This document shows, one piece after another, positions 1 through 10,354 of a stretch of DNA of 64,000 nucleotides (positions are counted from its first letter, which is position 1; every line of letters starts with the position of its first letter). The stretch is from positions 2,016,001-2,080,000 of the forward strand of contig OY969811.1 in assembly GCA_963703315.1 (NCBI GenBank), given 5' to 3'. A program made the position numbers and the translations under genes. Source of the stretch: an uncultured cyanobacterium. GTDB lineage: Bacteria; Cyanobacteriota; Cyanobacteriia; Pseudanabaenales; Pseudanabaenaceae. The notes beneath the pieces are model-generated. The model had not been told where the DNA came from and did no database searches. It saw only the letters and a program-made list of their open reading frames with translations.

Positions 1-172
1 AATAAAACTAGTTGCTAGAAGTGATGTAATTTTTGTATTCATGGAAGAAATTCCTCAATTTATGAAAGTCATCAAAGTAGAAGCAATAGGCATAAGTACA
101 CTAAAACCCTAGAAACTTGTTCCGCCCGCGTAGCGGGCGGAACAAGTTTCTAGGGTTTTGAGTTTGGGCTAC

Positions 173-760
173 TTATCGCAAAGAGGCTGTGCTTGTTCTA
201 CTAGAAGTATTTTTAGAATCGTAAATACCCCATTCATTGATGCCGTGACGTTGGAAAATCACCTCAGCTTGGCGAATCTCTTGATCAGAACCATCAACCA
301 TCACTAAATAATCTCCCTGCTCTACGCGATCGCTATAGACTGCGGCACGGTCTTTGGGAATACCCAAACCAACTAAGCCACCAATGAGAGTACCTGCGGC
401 TGCACCGATCGCTCCACCAGTGAGAGTTGTCGCTAAAGCCGTAGCCGCCGCACCAGCGAACATGATAGGACCAACCCCTGGGATTGCCACTAGCCCCAAA
501 CCCACCAACAAGCCAGTTAGTCCACCAACTGCACCACCAGAAGCCGCACCTGTAGCCGCACCTTCACCAGCTTTATTATCCAGATCATTGAGGTGTTTGC
601 CCTGTTGTGCGCCAGCCATATCAGAATTTCGATTAACATGATTACCGATGATCGAAATTTGATCCATATTAAATCCGCTATCTCTTAACTCATTGAGGCT
701 AAGTTTAGCTTCTTCATGATTAGAGAATGTCCCTGTAGCACGCTTATTTTGTCCACTCAT
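173..760 (-). CDS. General stress protein (17M/YflT-like) with glycine-zipper membrane segment
   Basis: N-terminal 'ATGTFSNHEEAKLSLNELRDSGF..ISII', central GAATGA..GGLTGLLVGLG..IPGVGP zipper, C-terminal 'LGIP..RA..Y..RV..GDYLVMV'. Confidence 0.75.
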   Translation of the reverse strand: MSGQNKRATGTFSNHEEAKLSLNELRDSGFNMDQISIIGNHVNRNSDMAGAQQGKHLNDLDNKAGEGAATGAASGGAVGGLTGLLVGLGLVAIPGVGPIMFAGAAATALATTLTGGAIGAAAGTLIGGLVGLGIPKDRAAVYSDRVEQGDYLVMVDGSDQEIRQAEVIFQRHGINEWGIYDSKNTSSRTSTASLR

Positions 761-884
761 AATCTTTTACTCCGTAAATAAATTGATGTTTTTTAGCGCT
801 TTTAAACAAGCGAGGTATAGAGGAGTGTTTCTCCACTTTCTGAAGAGAAACACTCCTCTATAAATTACTTCTGGGTAACAGGAG

Positions 885-1592
885 TTACTTAGAAGCTGAT
901 TTAGATGAATGATTTAGTGGATCTGCAATGTACTCAAAGTCAGGCTCTGAATTCCAAGAACCTCTTTCGTCTTTACCACTGCCGTCAGTTGATAGGTTGT
1001 AGTAAAGCTTCACAGTTTCGTCAGGTTGAATATTCCCAAAGAAAGGATCAGTTAACTTGTCGAGAGAATCCAAAGCTTTCATGAACATCTGCGTATGAGA
1101 AATCTCTCTAGTCAGCAGGTGATGTAATGTTTTTAAAGTCCCATCATCTGTTGCGAGTTTAATCAGAGATTCGTAGGTTTGCCGAGCGCCAGCCTCAGCA
1201 GCAATGTTGGCTCTGAGGTCACGCACTACATCACCACCTTCATTTAGGTAGTTGGCAGACCAAGCACTCCCTTGACTATCAAGAAAGTGTGGTCCCATAC
1301 CTTTTACTGCAAAAAGAGTACTTTTATAGGCTTCAGTTTGATCAACATCCTTAGTATGGATTTCAATCAGCTTGCCTACCATTTCTAAGTGACCAAACTC
1401 TTCAATAGCAATGTCTTGTAACATATCTTTGATGCCTGGCAGCTCAATATGAAATGACTGCACCCAGTATTGTAAAGCTGCGGAAAGCTCTCCTGTTGCT
1501 CCACCAAATTGTTCTAGTAAGAGTTGGGCAAAACGAGGATCAGCCTTATCAACTTGAACAGTGTGAATGGGATCTTTCTTATGAAAAAACAT
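885..1592 (-). CDS. katB: Manganese catalase (cyanobacterial KatB type)
   Basis: 'LLEQFGGATGELSAALQY', 'DIAIEEFGHLEMV', 'DLRANIAAE', 'LLTREISH' Mn-catalase metal-ligand motifs. Confidence 0.9.
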   Translation of the reverse strand: MFFHKKDPIHTVQVDKADPRFAQLLLEQFGGATGELSAALQYWVQSFHIELPGIKDMLQDIAIEEFGHLEMVGKLIEIHTKDVDQTEAYKSTLFAVKGMGPHFLDSQGSAWSANYLNEGGDVVRDLRANIAAEAGARQTYESLIKLATDDGTLKTLHHLLTREISHTQMFMKALDSLDKLTDPFFGNIQPDETVKLYYNLSTDGSGKDERGSWNSEPDFEYIADPLNHSSKSASK

Positions 1593-2107
1593 AATTTAAC
1601 ACTCAATTATTTTTGTGTAATTTATGTGGAATATCAATTAGCAATTTACTCACTGCAACTACCTTTACACTTGAATGTCATAAATCATGTATAGGCAAAT
1701 ATAAAAAACTGAATGAATTGTGTGAAATGGGTTAAAAGTATTTAAATTGTTACAGTAAACACTTTTATAGCCTATTGATATTTTATGTTGTATGAAAAGA
1801 TTTTAAATGTGGGGCGAAGTGTCACTTCTAAAAGCTTTCTGGGTTTCAAGTCAATGCAAATTTCTGCCTTCTCTAAAGGTATTTAGATACCTCTTTAGAG
1901 ATAGTTGTCACAAATATAATTAGAAAATAAAATAAATACAATAAACATTTTTTAATCTGGTCACAGTTTTAAAAGCTTGAAGATTTTATAGTAAAGATTT
2001 ATTTACTTTTAGCGCAATTCAATCAAGTTATACACTGCTTAAACACGAGATCAAACAATTGACTGTTAGATTTGATTTTGACTGATGAACTGCATACCAA
2101 ATGTTAG

Positions 2108-2692
2108 GTGAAACAAATGACTAAGATATTAGACAAGAAAAATGATCATAATTTCAATAGTCCTGTTACTGCGCTACTAAATGGCGTTAAGAAAGGACTT
2201 CTTTTCGCTATTGGATTCGCTGTGGTTTTGATGTTGCAAGTTAACTTTTTTAGTTCTGGAGCAAGCGCATCGCCTTTGGCTGGAATGTTCGGTAATAAAG
2301 TTGACGAGATGACCCAAGGTGTCAAAACAGACATGGCGATCGACAAAGCCGCAGGTATCACCAAGGAAATCGGTCGCGATCTTCGTGATGGTAGAACTGA
2401 CAAGGTAATTGATAAACTCGCGGACACCTCCAAAGACTTTGCCAAGGAAGCAGGAAATCGCGCTAAGGAATTAGCCAAAAATGTCAAGGAAGGTACTAAG
2501 GAAAATCTTGGCAAAGCGAAGGAAGTCGCTAAGGAGGCCAAAGCCAAAATCGGTGATGGTGTAGACAGTGCTAAGGAAATGGCAGGCGATCGCACCAATG
2601 AACTTAAAGATGGAGCCAAAGACTTACCTGAAAAAGCTGGTAACAAAGTCGATGAAGCGATCGATTCTGTCAAAAACTTCTTAGGACAGTAG
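2108..2692 (+). CDS. LEA/CsbD-like amphipathic repeat protein with N-terminal membrane anchor
   Basis: Hydrophobic segment, then K/E/A/D-rich helical repeats (AKE.AKE..K); ATG alternative at 2117. Confidence 0.6.
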   Translation: MKQMTKILDKKNDHNFNSPVTALLNGVKKGLLFAIGFAVVLMLQVNFFSSGASASPLAGMFGNKVDEMTQGVKTDMAIDKAAGITKEIGRDLRDGRTDKVIDKLADTSKDFAKEAGNRAKELAKNVKEGTKENLGKAKEVAKEAKAKIGDGVDSAKEMAGDRTNELKDGAKDLPEKAGNKVDEAIDSVKNFLGQ

Positions 2693-2781
2693 ATTCAGTC
2701 GAGATTACAGTCAAGATTTTGATTTTCCATTTTGCCTACAGCAAAATGGAAATCGCTAGATAAATAAATAGAGAGAAATAT

Positions 2782-3030
2782 ATGACATTCATTTGGTTTA
2801 TTCTGATCGGGCTAATTGCAGGTGCTTTAGCTGGACAAATCGTTCGCGGTGGTGGATACGGTATTGTTGGCGATATCGTTGTCGGCGTTATTGGTGCATT
2901 GTTAGGAGGATTCCTATTCAGTACCTTTGGTGTTTCCACAGGTGGAGGCTTGCTAGGTAGCTTGATTGTGGCAACTATTGGCGCAGTGGTTCTACTATAC
3001 GGGATTCGCTTGGTAAACAAAGCTTCCTAA
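2782..3030 (+). CDS. GlsB/YeaQ/YmgE (transglycosylase-associated) stress membrane protein
   Basis: 82 aa 'IGLIAGALA...GIVGDIVVGVIGALLGG...ATIGAVVLL' family pattern. Confidence 0.9.
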   Translation: MTFIWFILIGLIAGALAGQIVRGGGYGIVGDIVVGVIGALLGGFLFSTFGVSTGGGLLGSLIVATIGAVVLLYGIRLVNKAS

Positions 3031-3106
3031 TTTAAATGTCAGGATATACGTTACTTTGCAACGTATATCCTGAATCAATTATCAAGTATTTAAAGGATAG
3101 AAGATC

Positions 3107-3610
3107 ATGAATAACAGAAAAAATATGAACCCCGACAATCAAACTGATGCAAATCTTGATCCAATTTCTGGAGAAACTGGATCGCATCCTGTCGGTACAG
3201 GTGTAGGAGCCGCAGGTGCTGGTACTGTCGCCACAGTCATCGGTGGTGCTGTTGGTGGTCCCGTTGGCGCGGTAGTTGGTGCAGTAATTGGCTCCGTAGT
3301 TGGCGGTTTGGCTGGTAAGGATGTGGCTGAGCAAGTTAATCCTAGCTTTGAAGAAAACAATTGGCAGGAGACCTATACTTCTAGCACTTATGTTGATTCA
3401 GACAAAACCTACGAAGACTATCAACCTGCCTATCGCACTGGCTATGAAGGCTACGATCGCTATGGTCATAGTGGGCGCACTTACAGTGAAGTTGAGACAG
3501 ATTTACAGCGTGATTATCAAACAAATCAGACTGGAAGTTTACCTTGGGAACAAGCTAAACACGCAGTAAAAGATGCATGGGATCGCGCTGCTACCGCAAT
3601 TCGACGCTAA
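3107..3610 (+). CDS. Glycine-zipper stress protein
   Basis: 'HPVGTGVGAAGAG..GGAVGGPVGAVVGA..GGLAGK', followed by 'YQPAYRTGY' and 'WEQAKHAVKDAWDR'. Confidence 0.75.
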   Translation: MNNRKNMNPDNQTDANLDPISGETGSHPVGTGVGAAGAGTVATVIGGAVGGPVGAVVGAVIGSVVGGLAGKDVAEQVNPSFEENNWQETYTSSTYVDSDKTYEDYQPAYRTGYEGYDRYGHSGRTYSEVETDLQRDYQTNQTGSLPWEQAKHAVKDAWDRAATAIRR

Positions 3611-3916
3611 GAACAAATTTTGAAAGCGCGGCGAAGCCGCGCTTTCAAAATTTGTATTAGAAACAAAGTGTAATAGAACTTATGTTCTATTACACTTTGT
3701 TTCGTAGTAAAGCAAGTTCATCATGTCACTCAGGTAGTTGGACACGCCAATGTCATGATTTTTACTATAGAGAAGTAAGTAGCTAGGCATAAGTAAACTT
3801 AAAACCTAGAAGCTTGTGCCGCCCGTGTAGCGGGCGGCACAAGCTCTGGTTTTGGCTTTTAACTATGTTGATCTACTTAATTATCTCTTAAAACTACACA
3901 TCAGGATCAATCACCA

Positions 3917-4954
3917 ATGTCAGTAACACTTGAAGATACCAAACGCACTGCGATCGCCGTCAAATTAGCAGACATGAAGGCAACTCAAAACTTGTTGATT
4001 GCCAATGAAAAGAGTTTAATTGCTGCCTGTCCAGATCGAGAAATCACCAATCGCTTAGAAGGCTTTCTCAGAGATGATCAGAAGAACTTGGGCATTATCG
4101 ATACTGTAATTGTGCAGTATGGTATTAAAGCTGAACCAAAATCGACAATGCAGCAAGAGTTTGAAGAAGTCGGACAAATGATGCAAGACTCCGATCTCTC
4201 GTTGTTTGATAAAGTGGCAAAGCATGAACTTCTCAAACACACTCAAGCAATGGCAGGAGTTCTCGTTCACAAGGCTGGTCAAGTGGTGGGAGCCGATATT
4301 GCTGTAGCGATCGCTCCTCTCAATGTGGTTAACTTTGAAAATCGTGGACATGAGGAGCAACTCAAAGGGATTATGGAATCTCTAAGTACGATGGAACTCA
4401 CAGGCAAGCCTTCTGATAGTGGTCTGTGGTCAAGAGTACAGGATACCATCGCTGCCCTAAGTGGTATTGCTGGCAGTCTCATTAGTCGTACCGACCATGA
4501 GATCACCATCTGTGATCTGATTCGACTCGATCATACTAAGGTCTTTGCTCTGTTTTCTCAGATTAAAGCCACTGATGATCCTCAAAAGCTAGAGGAGTAT
4601 TTTGGGCAGGTCTACCAAGACTTGAGCGCTCACGCTGTCGCCGAGGAGGAAGTCATCTATCCAGTTGTACGTCCTTACTACAACGACATTCAGAGCCTGT
4701 ATGACGAGCAAGCCAAAATGAAGCAAGCGTTGGAACAGATTAAAGGCATGAACTGTGAAGATACGGTGGCTTTTAAAGCTGCGGTAGAGCTTTTGGCGGC
4801 AGATGTCAATGCTCATATCAAAGAAGAGGAAGATGAAATGTTTCCTCGTATTAATGGCAGTTTTGGTGACGAACAACAGAAACAACTCGCGACAGATTTT
4901 AAGACTGCCAAAAGCAAGATTCAAGATCAGCGACTAGTATCTGCTTCTCGCTAG
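3917..4954 (+). CDS. Hemerythrin-domain protein (Anabaena Alr3199 'DNA nickase'-like)
   Basis: C-terminal HHE motifs 'IRLDH', 'AHAVAEEEVIYP', 'AHIKEEEDEMFP'; N-terminal 'KRTAIAVKLADMK' typical of this cyanobacterial family. Confidence 0.75.
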   Translation: MSVTLEDTKRTAIAVKLADMKATQNLLIANEKSLIAACPDREITNRLEGFLRDDQKNLGIIDTVIVQYGIKAEPKSTMQQEFEEVGQMMQDSDLSLFDKVAKHELLKHTQAMAGVLVHKAGQVVGADIAVAIAPLNVVNFENRGHEEQLKGIMESLSTMELTGKPSDSGLWSRVQDTIAALSGIAGSLISRTDHEITICDLIRLDHTKVFALFSQIKATDDPQKLEEYFGQVYQDLSAHAVAEEEVIYPVVRPYYNDIQSLYDEQAKMKQALEQIKGMNCEDTVAFKAAVELLAADVNAHIKEEEDEMFPRINGSFGDEQQKQLATDFKTAKSKIQDQRLVSASR

Positions 4955-5005
4955 AGTGGCTTTTAAAATCTAGAAGGATGATAAGCACTTTGCGCTTATC
5001 ATCCT

Positions 5006-5131
5006 TAGGACTTACGCAGAATTTTCTAAGACCCTCACCCCTAGCCCCTCTCTCAAAAAGGGAGAGGGGAACAAGAAAAATCTCTTACTCCCCTTCTCCC
5101 GTTCTGGGAGAAGGGGTTGGGGGATGAGGGC
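5006..5131. repeat. CCCTCTCCC/GGGAGAGGG-family palindromic repeat preceded by TAGGACTTACGCA end motif
   Basis: 'ccctcacccctagcccctctctc..gggagagggg..ccccttctccc..gggagaaggggttgggggatgaggg'; same family as 10963-11064 and the leuS insert. Confidence 0.75.
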
Positions 5132-5492
5132 AATTTAGATTTTGCCCTTATCATCTTTCTAGATCCAAGAAAATCTCTTCTTACTATCATTAGGAGCGAA
5201 AATCATGATTGATTCTGACCGACCTTGGGAGACTTCTATAGAACAGCAAGTTATTAATGTTGGAGAATTCAACGATCGCGTCCATTGGGGTGCTTTTTTA
5301 GGATTATCGGCTTCAACATTTTGTGTTAATAGAGGCATTAACAATATACATACGCGCCACGTAAATTTTATATAACTTATGCAGTAGATCTGCCATCTCT
5401 TGCAAATATTTTACTCAGACTTAAACTGTTCAATGCCCCTCTCACTATACATTCTCGTAGAATGAACTCTAATCAAACATAAGTAGATAACC

Positions 5493-6377
5493 ATGTCTAA
5501 TTTAGAATACAATTCCGAGCGATTTTCGGTGTTGCCACTCGCTTATCAAAATGGCATCAGCCACATCTCTAAGACTGAAACAATGCCGACAATTCAAGCT
5601 TTTCGAGGTGAATCAAGAATTCTAGAAAACATCAAATTGCGTCAAGAAAAAGGATATACATCTATTCCTAAGTCTCAGAAAGAGCCTGAAGACGACTGTG
5701 CCACCTTTAAAGGTAATCCAGAGCGTCTAGTAGAATGCCATGAGAAGTTGGCACAACATTTACAAGAAGTTGCTCAGTTGGAACAAGAAATTACAAAACA
5801 TAAGAAGATTGAGCAAGAGCTTAGACAATCAGAGGCGGAATTAATCAAGGTAAATCAGGAACTTGAATATCTGGTCATGGTTGATGCCTTGACTCAAGTT
5901 GCTAACCGTCGTTGCTTTGATGATTCGCTCCATCGGGAATGGCAGCGATCGCTACGGGAGCAACAACCCTTATCTTTAATTCTTTTGGATATCGATTACT
6001 TTAAGGGCTATAACGACCTGTATGGACATCCCGCAGGCGATTGTTGCCTAACAAATTTAGCACAGGCTGTCAAACAATCTTTGCAACGCTCCACAGATTT
6101 AATTGCTCGCTATGGTGGGGAAGAATTTGCGATCATTTTGCCTAACACTACTACTCAAGGGGCAATTATTGTTACCGAATTAATTCAACAGACAATTTTT
6201 GATCTTTCGACTGTGCATGAGAATTCTGACGTGAGCAATATTGTGACAACTAGTTTAGGAATTGCCACAATTATTCCGATGGAAACACAAAAACCGAGCA
6301 TTTTAATTGATCAAGCCGATCAGGCTCTCTACAAAGCTAAGCAACAGGGACGTAATCGATATTCTGTCTATGTCTAA
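5493..6377 (+). CDS. Diguanylate cyclase (coiled coil + GGDEF domain)
   Basis: 'DALTQVANRR', 'DIDYFKGYND.YGH', RxxD I-site (RSTD), active-site GGEEF. Confidence 0.9.
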   Translation: MSNLEYNSERFSVLPLAYQNGISHISKTETMPTIQAFRGESRILENIKLRQEKGYTSIPKSQKEPEDDCATFKGNPERLVECHEKLAQHLQEVAQLEQEITKHKKIEQELRQSEAELIKVNQELEYLVMVDALTQVANRRCFDDSLHREWQRSLREQQPLSLILLDIDYFKGYNDLYGHPAGDCCLTNLAQAVKQSLQRSTDLIARYGGEEFAIILPNTTTQGAIIVTELIQQTIFDLSTVHENSDVSNIVTTSLGIATIIPMETQKPSILIDQADQALYKAKQQGRNRYSVYV

Positions 6378-6559
6378 GTCATCAAAAACTGGCTAATAAC
6401 GAAGTGCCGCGCGGAGCGCGGCACTTCGTTATTAGCCAATTGTGAATATATAGTTATGTTTAAGTAGTTAATCTTGATCTATGTGGTTATATCAAGAATA
6501 AGTAAGTTATACAAATATTTAATTAAGCTTGCTTAACTAAATATAAAACCCTAAAAATA

Positions 6560-6693
6560 TGTTTGAGAAGTTTTTTGCCTATTATAAATTTCATTTTTAC
6601 TCCCCTTAACCTCTCTTTGTAAACCTACGATATACACACAAGTTGTTAGCTATATCGGGAGGGGAGTTAAAAAGTGTAAAAACTTCTCAAACA
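6560..6693. mobile_element. MITE-like element with terminal inverted repeats TGTTTGAGAAGTTTT / AAAACTTCTCAAACA
   Basis: ~15-bp TIRs plus internal IR (tttttactcccct / aggggagttaaaaa); non-coding. Confidence 0.6.
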
Positions 6694-6794
6694 CTATCAC
6701 TATCTCAAAGTGGTGGCGATTGTTGTGCGCCACCACTTTGAGATCTGGTTATTAACTTATGTCAAAACATCAACATCTATGAGCTAACCGACCT

Positions 6795-9110
6795 ATGGCA
6801 AAGCGATCTCTACAAGCATCACCATCTGGAGTCAAAAAGGCTAAACAGCAATTTACCTCTAAAGGCTGGACACAGGAGTATCTAGCCCATGAAGTCGGGA
6901 TCAAAACCCGACAACCAATTTGGCGATTTTTTGCAGGGCAAGCGATCGAACGATATACGTTTTTTGAGATCTGTACAAGATTGGATTTAGACTGGCGAGA
7001 AATTGCGCTCAATCCGCCTCTAGACTATATCGAGCCAATTACCGATGAATCAAATATCGAAACGCTAGCACTTGATGATTTAGTGGAAATGGTGCGATCG
7101 CGCCACCGCGAAAAACTTAATCATCAATGCGGTATCTTGCAGTTATTAGATATCAATCATCCTGTTGCCCTTGAACAAATCTACATTGATGTCAATATTC
7201 TTGAACAGATCGCTAGTCAGCAATGGCTAGATATTTCTGAGCTTGGGAGCATTACACCTGAAGACGTGGATCGCTTTGGTCTAGGCAGGATTGAAGAAAG
7301 CCAAATTCCGGGGATGCAAGCGGTCGAAAGATATCACAAACTCCGAGTATTGGGTAGACCCGGTTGTGGTAAATCCACATTTCTCAAATATCTAGCTAGT
7401 CAATGCAACCATGCTCACTTTGCAGCAAAGCAAGTACCCATCTTCATTAAGTTGCGTGATTTTGCCGCCAGTTTACAAGATCACAATCCCGCTAATTTAT
7501 TGGAATTTATTCATCAAGAATTTCTCTCTTCCGATATTTCCCAACTATCAATTATCAAAAGGCTGCTGCAAGAGGGAAGAATATTACTCCTACTTGATGG
7601 CATGGATGAAGTTTCCAACGAAGAAGAGATAATTGTTCTCAATGAGATTCGTCGCTTTTTTGATAAATATCATAAAAACCAGTTCATCGCCTCCTGCCGT
7701 GTCGCATCTCAGAAGCTAGCATTAACAGGATTCACTGATGTCGAAATTGCTCCTTTTACAGAAGAACAAGTCAAAATTTTTGTGCGTAAATGGTTTGTCG
7801 AATTGAGTGGGACTAATGCTACAGGCGCATTAGCAAGTGCATCTCAGTTTATGGATAAATTAGAACTGCCCGAAAACTGGCGATTTCGGCGACTGGTGAC
7901 CACACCTCTGTTTTTGCACCTTGCCTGTTCTATATTTCACCGCGAAAAGAAGTTTCCCAACAAACAGGCAGAATTTTATAAACAAGCGATGGATCTGCTT
8001 CTCGGTAAATGGGATGAATCAAGGGGCATTGAACGCGATCAAATATATCAAGGATTTTTATTGCCGCAAAAACTTAAGCTATTGAGTCAGATTGCCTCCG
8101 CAACCTTTGAACAAAATCAATACTTCTTTGCCCAAGGTGTGGTTGAGAGACATATCAGTGATTATATGGAAGATCTTCCAGAAGCAAGCCTTGATCCCGA
8201 AGAAATTAGTCATATCAGTGAGTCAATACTCAAGGCGATCGAGTCCCAACATGGAGTTTTAGCCGAACGCGCACGTGGTATCTTCTCTTTTTCCTATGTA
8301 GCCCTACAGGAATATTTCACCGCCCGAAAAATTGTCGCTAGTCATAACCTCCAAGCCTTGGGATCATCGCTCAGTGGACTGGTAGACCATATTACTGATC
8401 CTTACTGGCGAGAAATCTTTTTGCTAACCGCAAGTATGCTCCGTAGTGCCGATAGCCTGATGCAATTGATGAAACAGGAAATTGATGCTCTAGTTTCTCA
8501 AGACCCTTATTTGCAAGAGTTTTTAGATTGGGCAAGCAAAAAATCAGAGACCAATCCAGCCGCCAATAGACCTGCGACAGGACGCGCTTTTTATCTGGCG
8601 CTGACTCGCGCACCGCATCTTGTCCCCCATTTCGCTTTGGCTTGCACTCTAGATCAAGGAGCCTTTCTGGATGCTGCCCTCGATGACTTATTGCAGAAAT
8701 GTATGCTAAGGGAAAGCCACAACTTTGCCTATGTCCATTCCTGTGCGAAGGCTCTCAGCAATATTTTAGGGATTGTGGTGGATCTAGGCTTTCATAAGTC
8801 TTTGCAAAAACTCAGTGATCAGTTACCAAATGGCGATCACACAAAGGCAAGCTTTGAGAGATGGTGTCATAAAAACTATGCAGCTTGGGTGATTGAGTTA
8901 CAGAAAGAGATCTCTACCCATCGTGATGTTAGTAATCAATGGGAGTTTGATGCTAGTCAACAGAAAGTCTTAGACAAATATTATGTTGCTAACCAACTGC
9001 TACTTGACTGTCTCAATAGTAATTGTGAAGTCACGACTAGCATTAGAGAAGAGATAGAAGCAACTTTATTAATGCCCCAAAAACAACTCGAACAACGCGA
9101 ATGGGCATAA
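6795..9110 (+). CDS. XRE-HTH + NACHT (STAND) NTPase
   Basis: N-terminal 'GWTQEYLAHEVGIKTRQPIWRFF' HTH, Walker A GRPGCGKST, Walker B LLLLDGMDE, 'TTPLFL', 'FSFSYVALQEYFTA'. Confidence 0.85.
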   Translation: MAKRSLQASPSGVKKAKQQFTSKGWTQEYLAHEVGIKTRQPIWRFFAGQAIERYTFFEICTRLDLDWREIALNPPLDYIEPITDESNIETLALDDLVEMVRSRHREKLNHQCGILQLLDINHPVALEQIYIDVNILEQIASQQWLDISELGSITPEDVDRFGLGRIEESQIPGMQAVERYHKLRVLGRPGCGKSTFLKYLASQCNHAHFAAKQVPIFIKLRDFAASLQDHNPANLLEFIHQEFLSSDISQLSIIKRLLQEGRILLLLDGMDEVSNEEEIIVLNEIRRFFDKYHKNQFIASCRVASQKLALTGFTDVEIAPFTEEQVKIFVRKWFVELSGTNATGALASASQFMDKLELPENWRFRRLVTTPLFLHLACSIFHREKKFPNKQAEFYKQAMDLLLGKWDESRGIERDQIYQGFLLPQKLKLLSQIASATFEQNQYFFAQGVVERHISDYMEDLPEASLDPEEISHISESILKAIESQHGVLAERARGIFSFSYVALQEYFTARKIVASHNLQALGSSLSGLVDHITDPYWREIFLLTASMLRSADSLMQLMKQEIDALVSQDPYLQEFLDWASKKSETNPAANRPATGRAFYLALTRAPHLVPHFALACTLDQGAFLDAALDDLLQKCMLRESHNFAYVHSCAKALSNILGIVVDLGFHKSLQKLSDQLPNGDHTKASFERWCHKNYAAWVIELQKEISTHRDVSNQWEFDASQQKVLDKYYVANQLLLDCLNSNCEVTTSIREEIEATLLMPQKQLEQREWA

Positions 9111-9167
9111 TATAGCGTTTTTCAAACAAGTAAGGTAAATAGGTTTGTTTGAAAAACGCTATAACTA

Positions 9168-9319
9168 TTAGGACTTACGCAACCCAACCAAGAACTCAAG
9201 TTCTTGGCTCAAAGCTAAAGTCAGCTAAAGCAGACTAAAAAATTCTTTAAACGAACCCGTTTCAACGGGTTTAAGCTTTCAGCCCGTAATTTATTACAGG
9301 GCTATTGCGTAAGTCCTAA
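9168..9319. mobile_element. MITE with 15-bp TIR TTAGGACTTACGCAA / TTGCGTAAGTCCTAA
   Basis: Perfect inverted termini, non-coding interior with small internal palindromes; same end motif at 5006. Confidence 0.75.
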
Positions 9320-9652
9320 CTAGTTATTATGCTCTGAGAAGAGGGTATCGGCACGGCTCTTATCGTTGATATAGTTTTCTGCTAGATAGCAGATGAGGCT
9401 ATACTGTACCTCTACAGCTAGAGATTCTAGATATTCTCTCAATCTTCCCATTTGCCACTGGTGAGATAGTGTACTGAAAGACTCTGATACTAGATTATGG
9501 TTTGCTTTTTTAAAATCTCTGTAGTGATTTTTATATTTCAGAGCTTGATTCACCTTGTCATGCCCAAACTCGCTGCACAAGATATCAATTACTAAGCAGT
9601 TATTTGGACTTGCTACTACACTTTCATTAGTCCCCATTTGGTCTCCTCGCAT
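9320..9652 (-). CDS. Hypothetical protein
   Basis: 110-aa ORF filling an intergenic space; no recognisable motif. Confidence 0.45.
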   Translation of the reverse strand: MRGDQMGTNESVVASPNNCLVIDILCSEFGHDKVNQALKYKNHYRDFKKANHNLVSESFSTLSHQWQMGRLREYLESLAVEVQYSLICYLAENYINDKSRADTLFSEHNN

Positions 9653-10354
9653 TCTTTCATAACTTAGGTATTGGGTTAATCTAGGAATAAACGTAAATAC
9701 TAAAAGTTATACTTAGAGCTATTTCAACAAACACAATCGTGTTGGATTAACTTAGCTATATCTTAGCTATATCAATGATTACACAAGTATTATTATTTTT
9801 ATAGAAGCAGTTAATTACTAATTTGTCTGTGCTTTAGATTACACAAAGTTGTGATCCAGCGCAAAGCGCTGAATTACTCCCAGAGAAACTTTTGAAAGCG
9901 CGGCTTCGCCGCACTTTCAAAAGTAAAGAACCAATTTTTTGTGACGCGGCGAAGCCGCGCTTTCAAAAAATTGCTTCTTTATTAAGCTATAACAGAGCCG
10001 TGATTAATTTGGCTCTAGATTGTCTCTCTTCCTTTGGATGGGGATAATCCTTAATTAAGTTTTACAACAAACTCAATCAAGTAAGTGATCCCACTTCTCA
10101 AGTCAATCATTGCCCTGAGAAAGTGATGAGATAGAAATTATAGCTGTCGTTCTTTGCATTAGAACAAATCAAAAAATAAGAAGTGAGTGCAACTTATCTT
10201 CTGTTTTTGTGTTCTAACAAGAATAGCAAGAGCTATAGAACCGACTAGTGAAGTATGGGATGGGTTTCTCGCCGAAGGTGGAAAACAATTTTCTGTGCCT
10301 CGCTCTTTTGAAAAGCACTATATCTAGATAAATAGATATTTGGGAGAAAATTTT

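Noticed and set aside
354..3569. Overlapping ORFs 354-641, 2146-2673, 2736-3020, 3032-3334, 3139-3360 and 3300-3569
   Set aside because: Antisense or alternate-frame shadows of low-complexity Gly/Ala/Lys-rich genes, with no independent motifs.
5159..5344. 61-aa minus-strand ORF
   Set aside because: No recognisable motif or RBS. It cannot be supported without a homology search.
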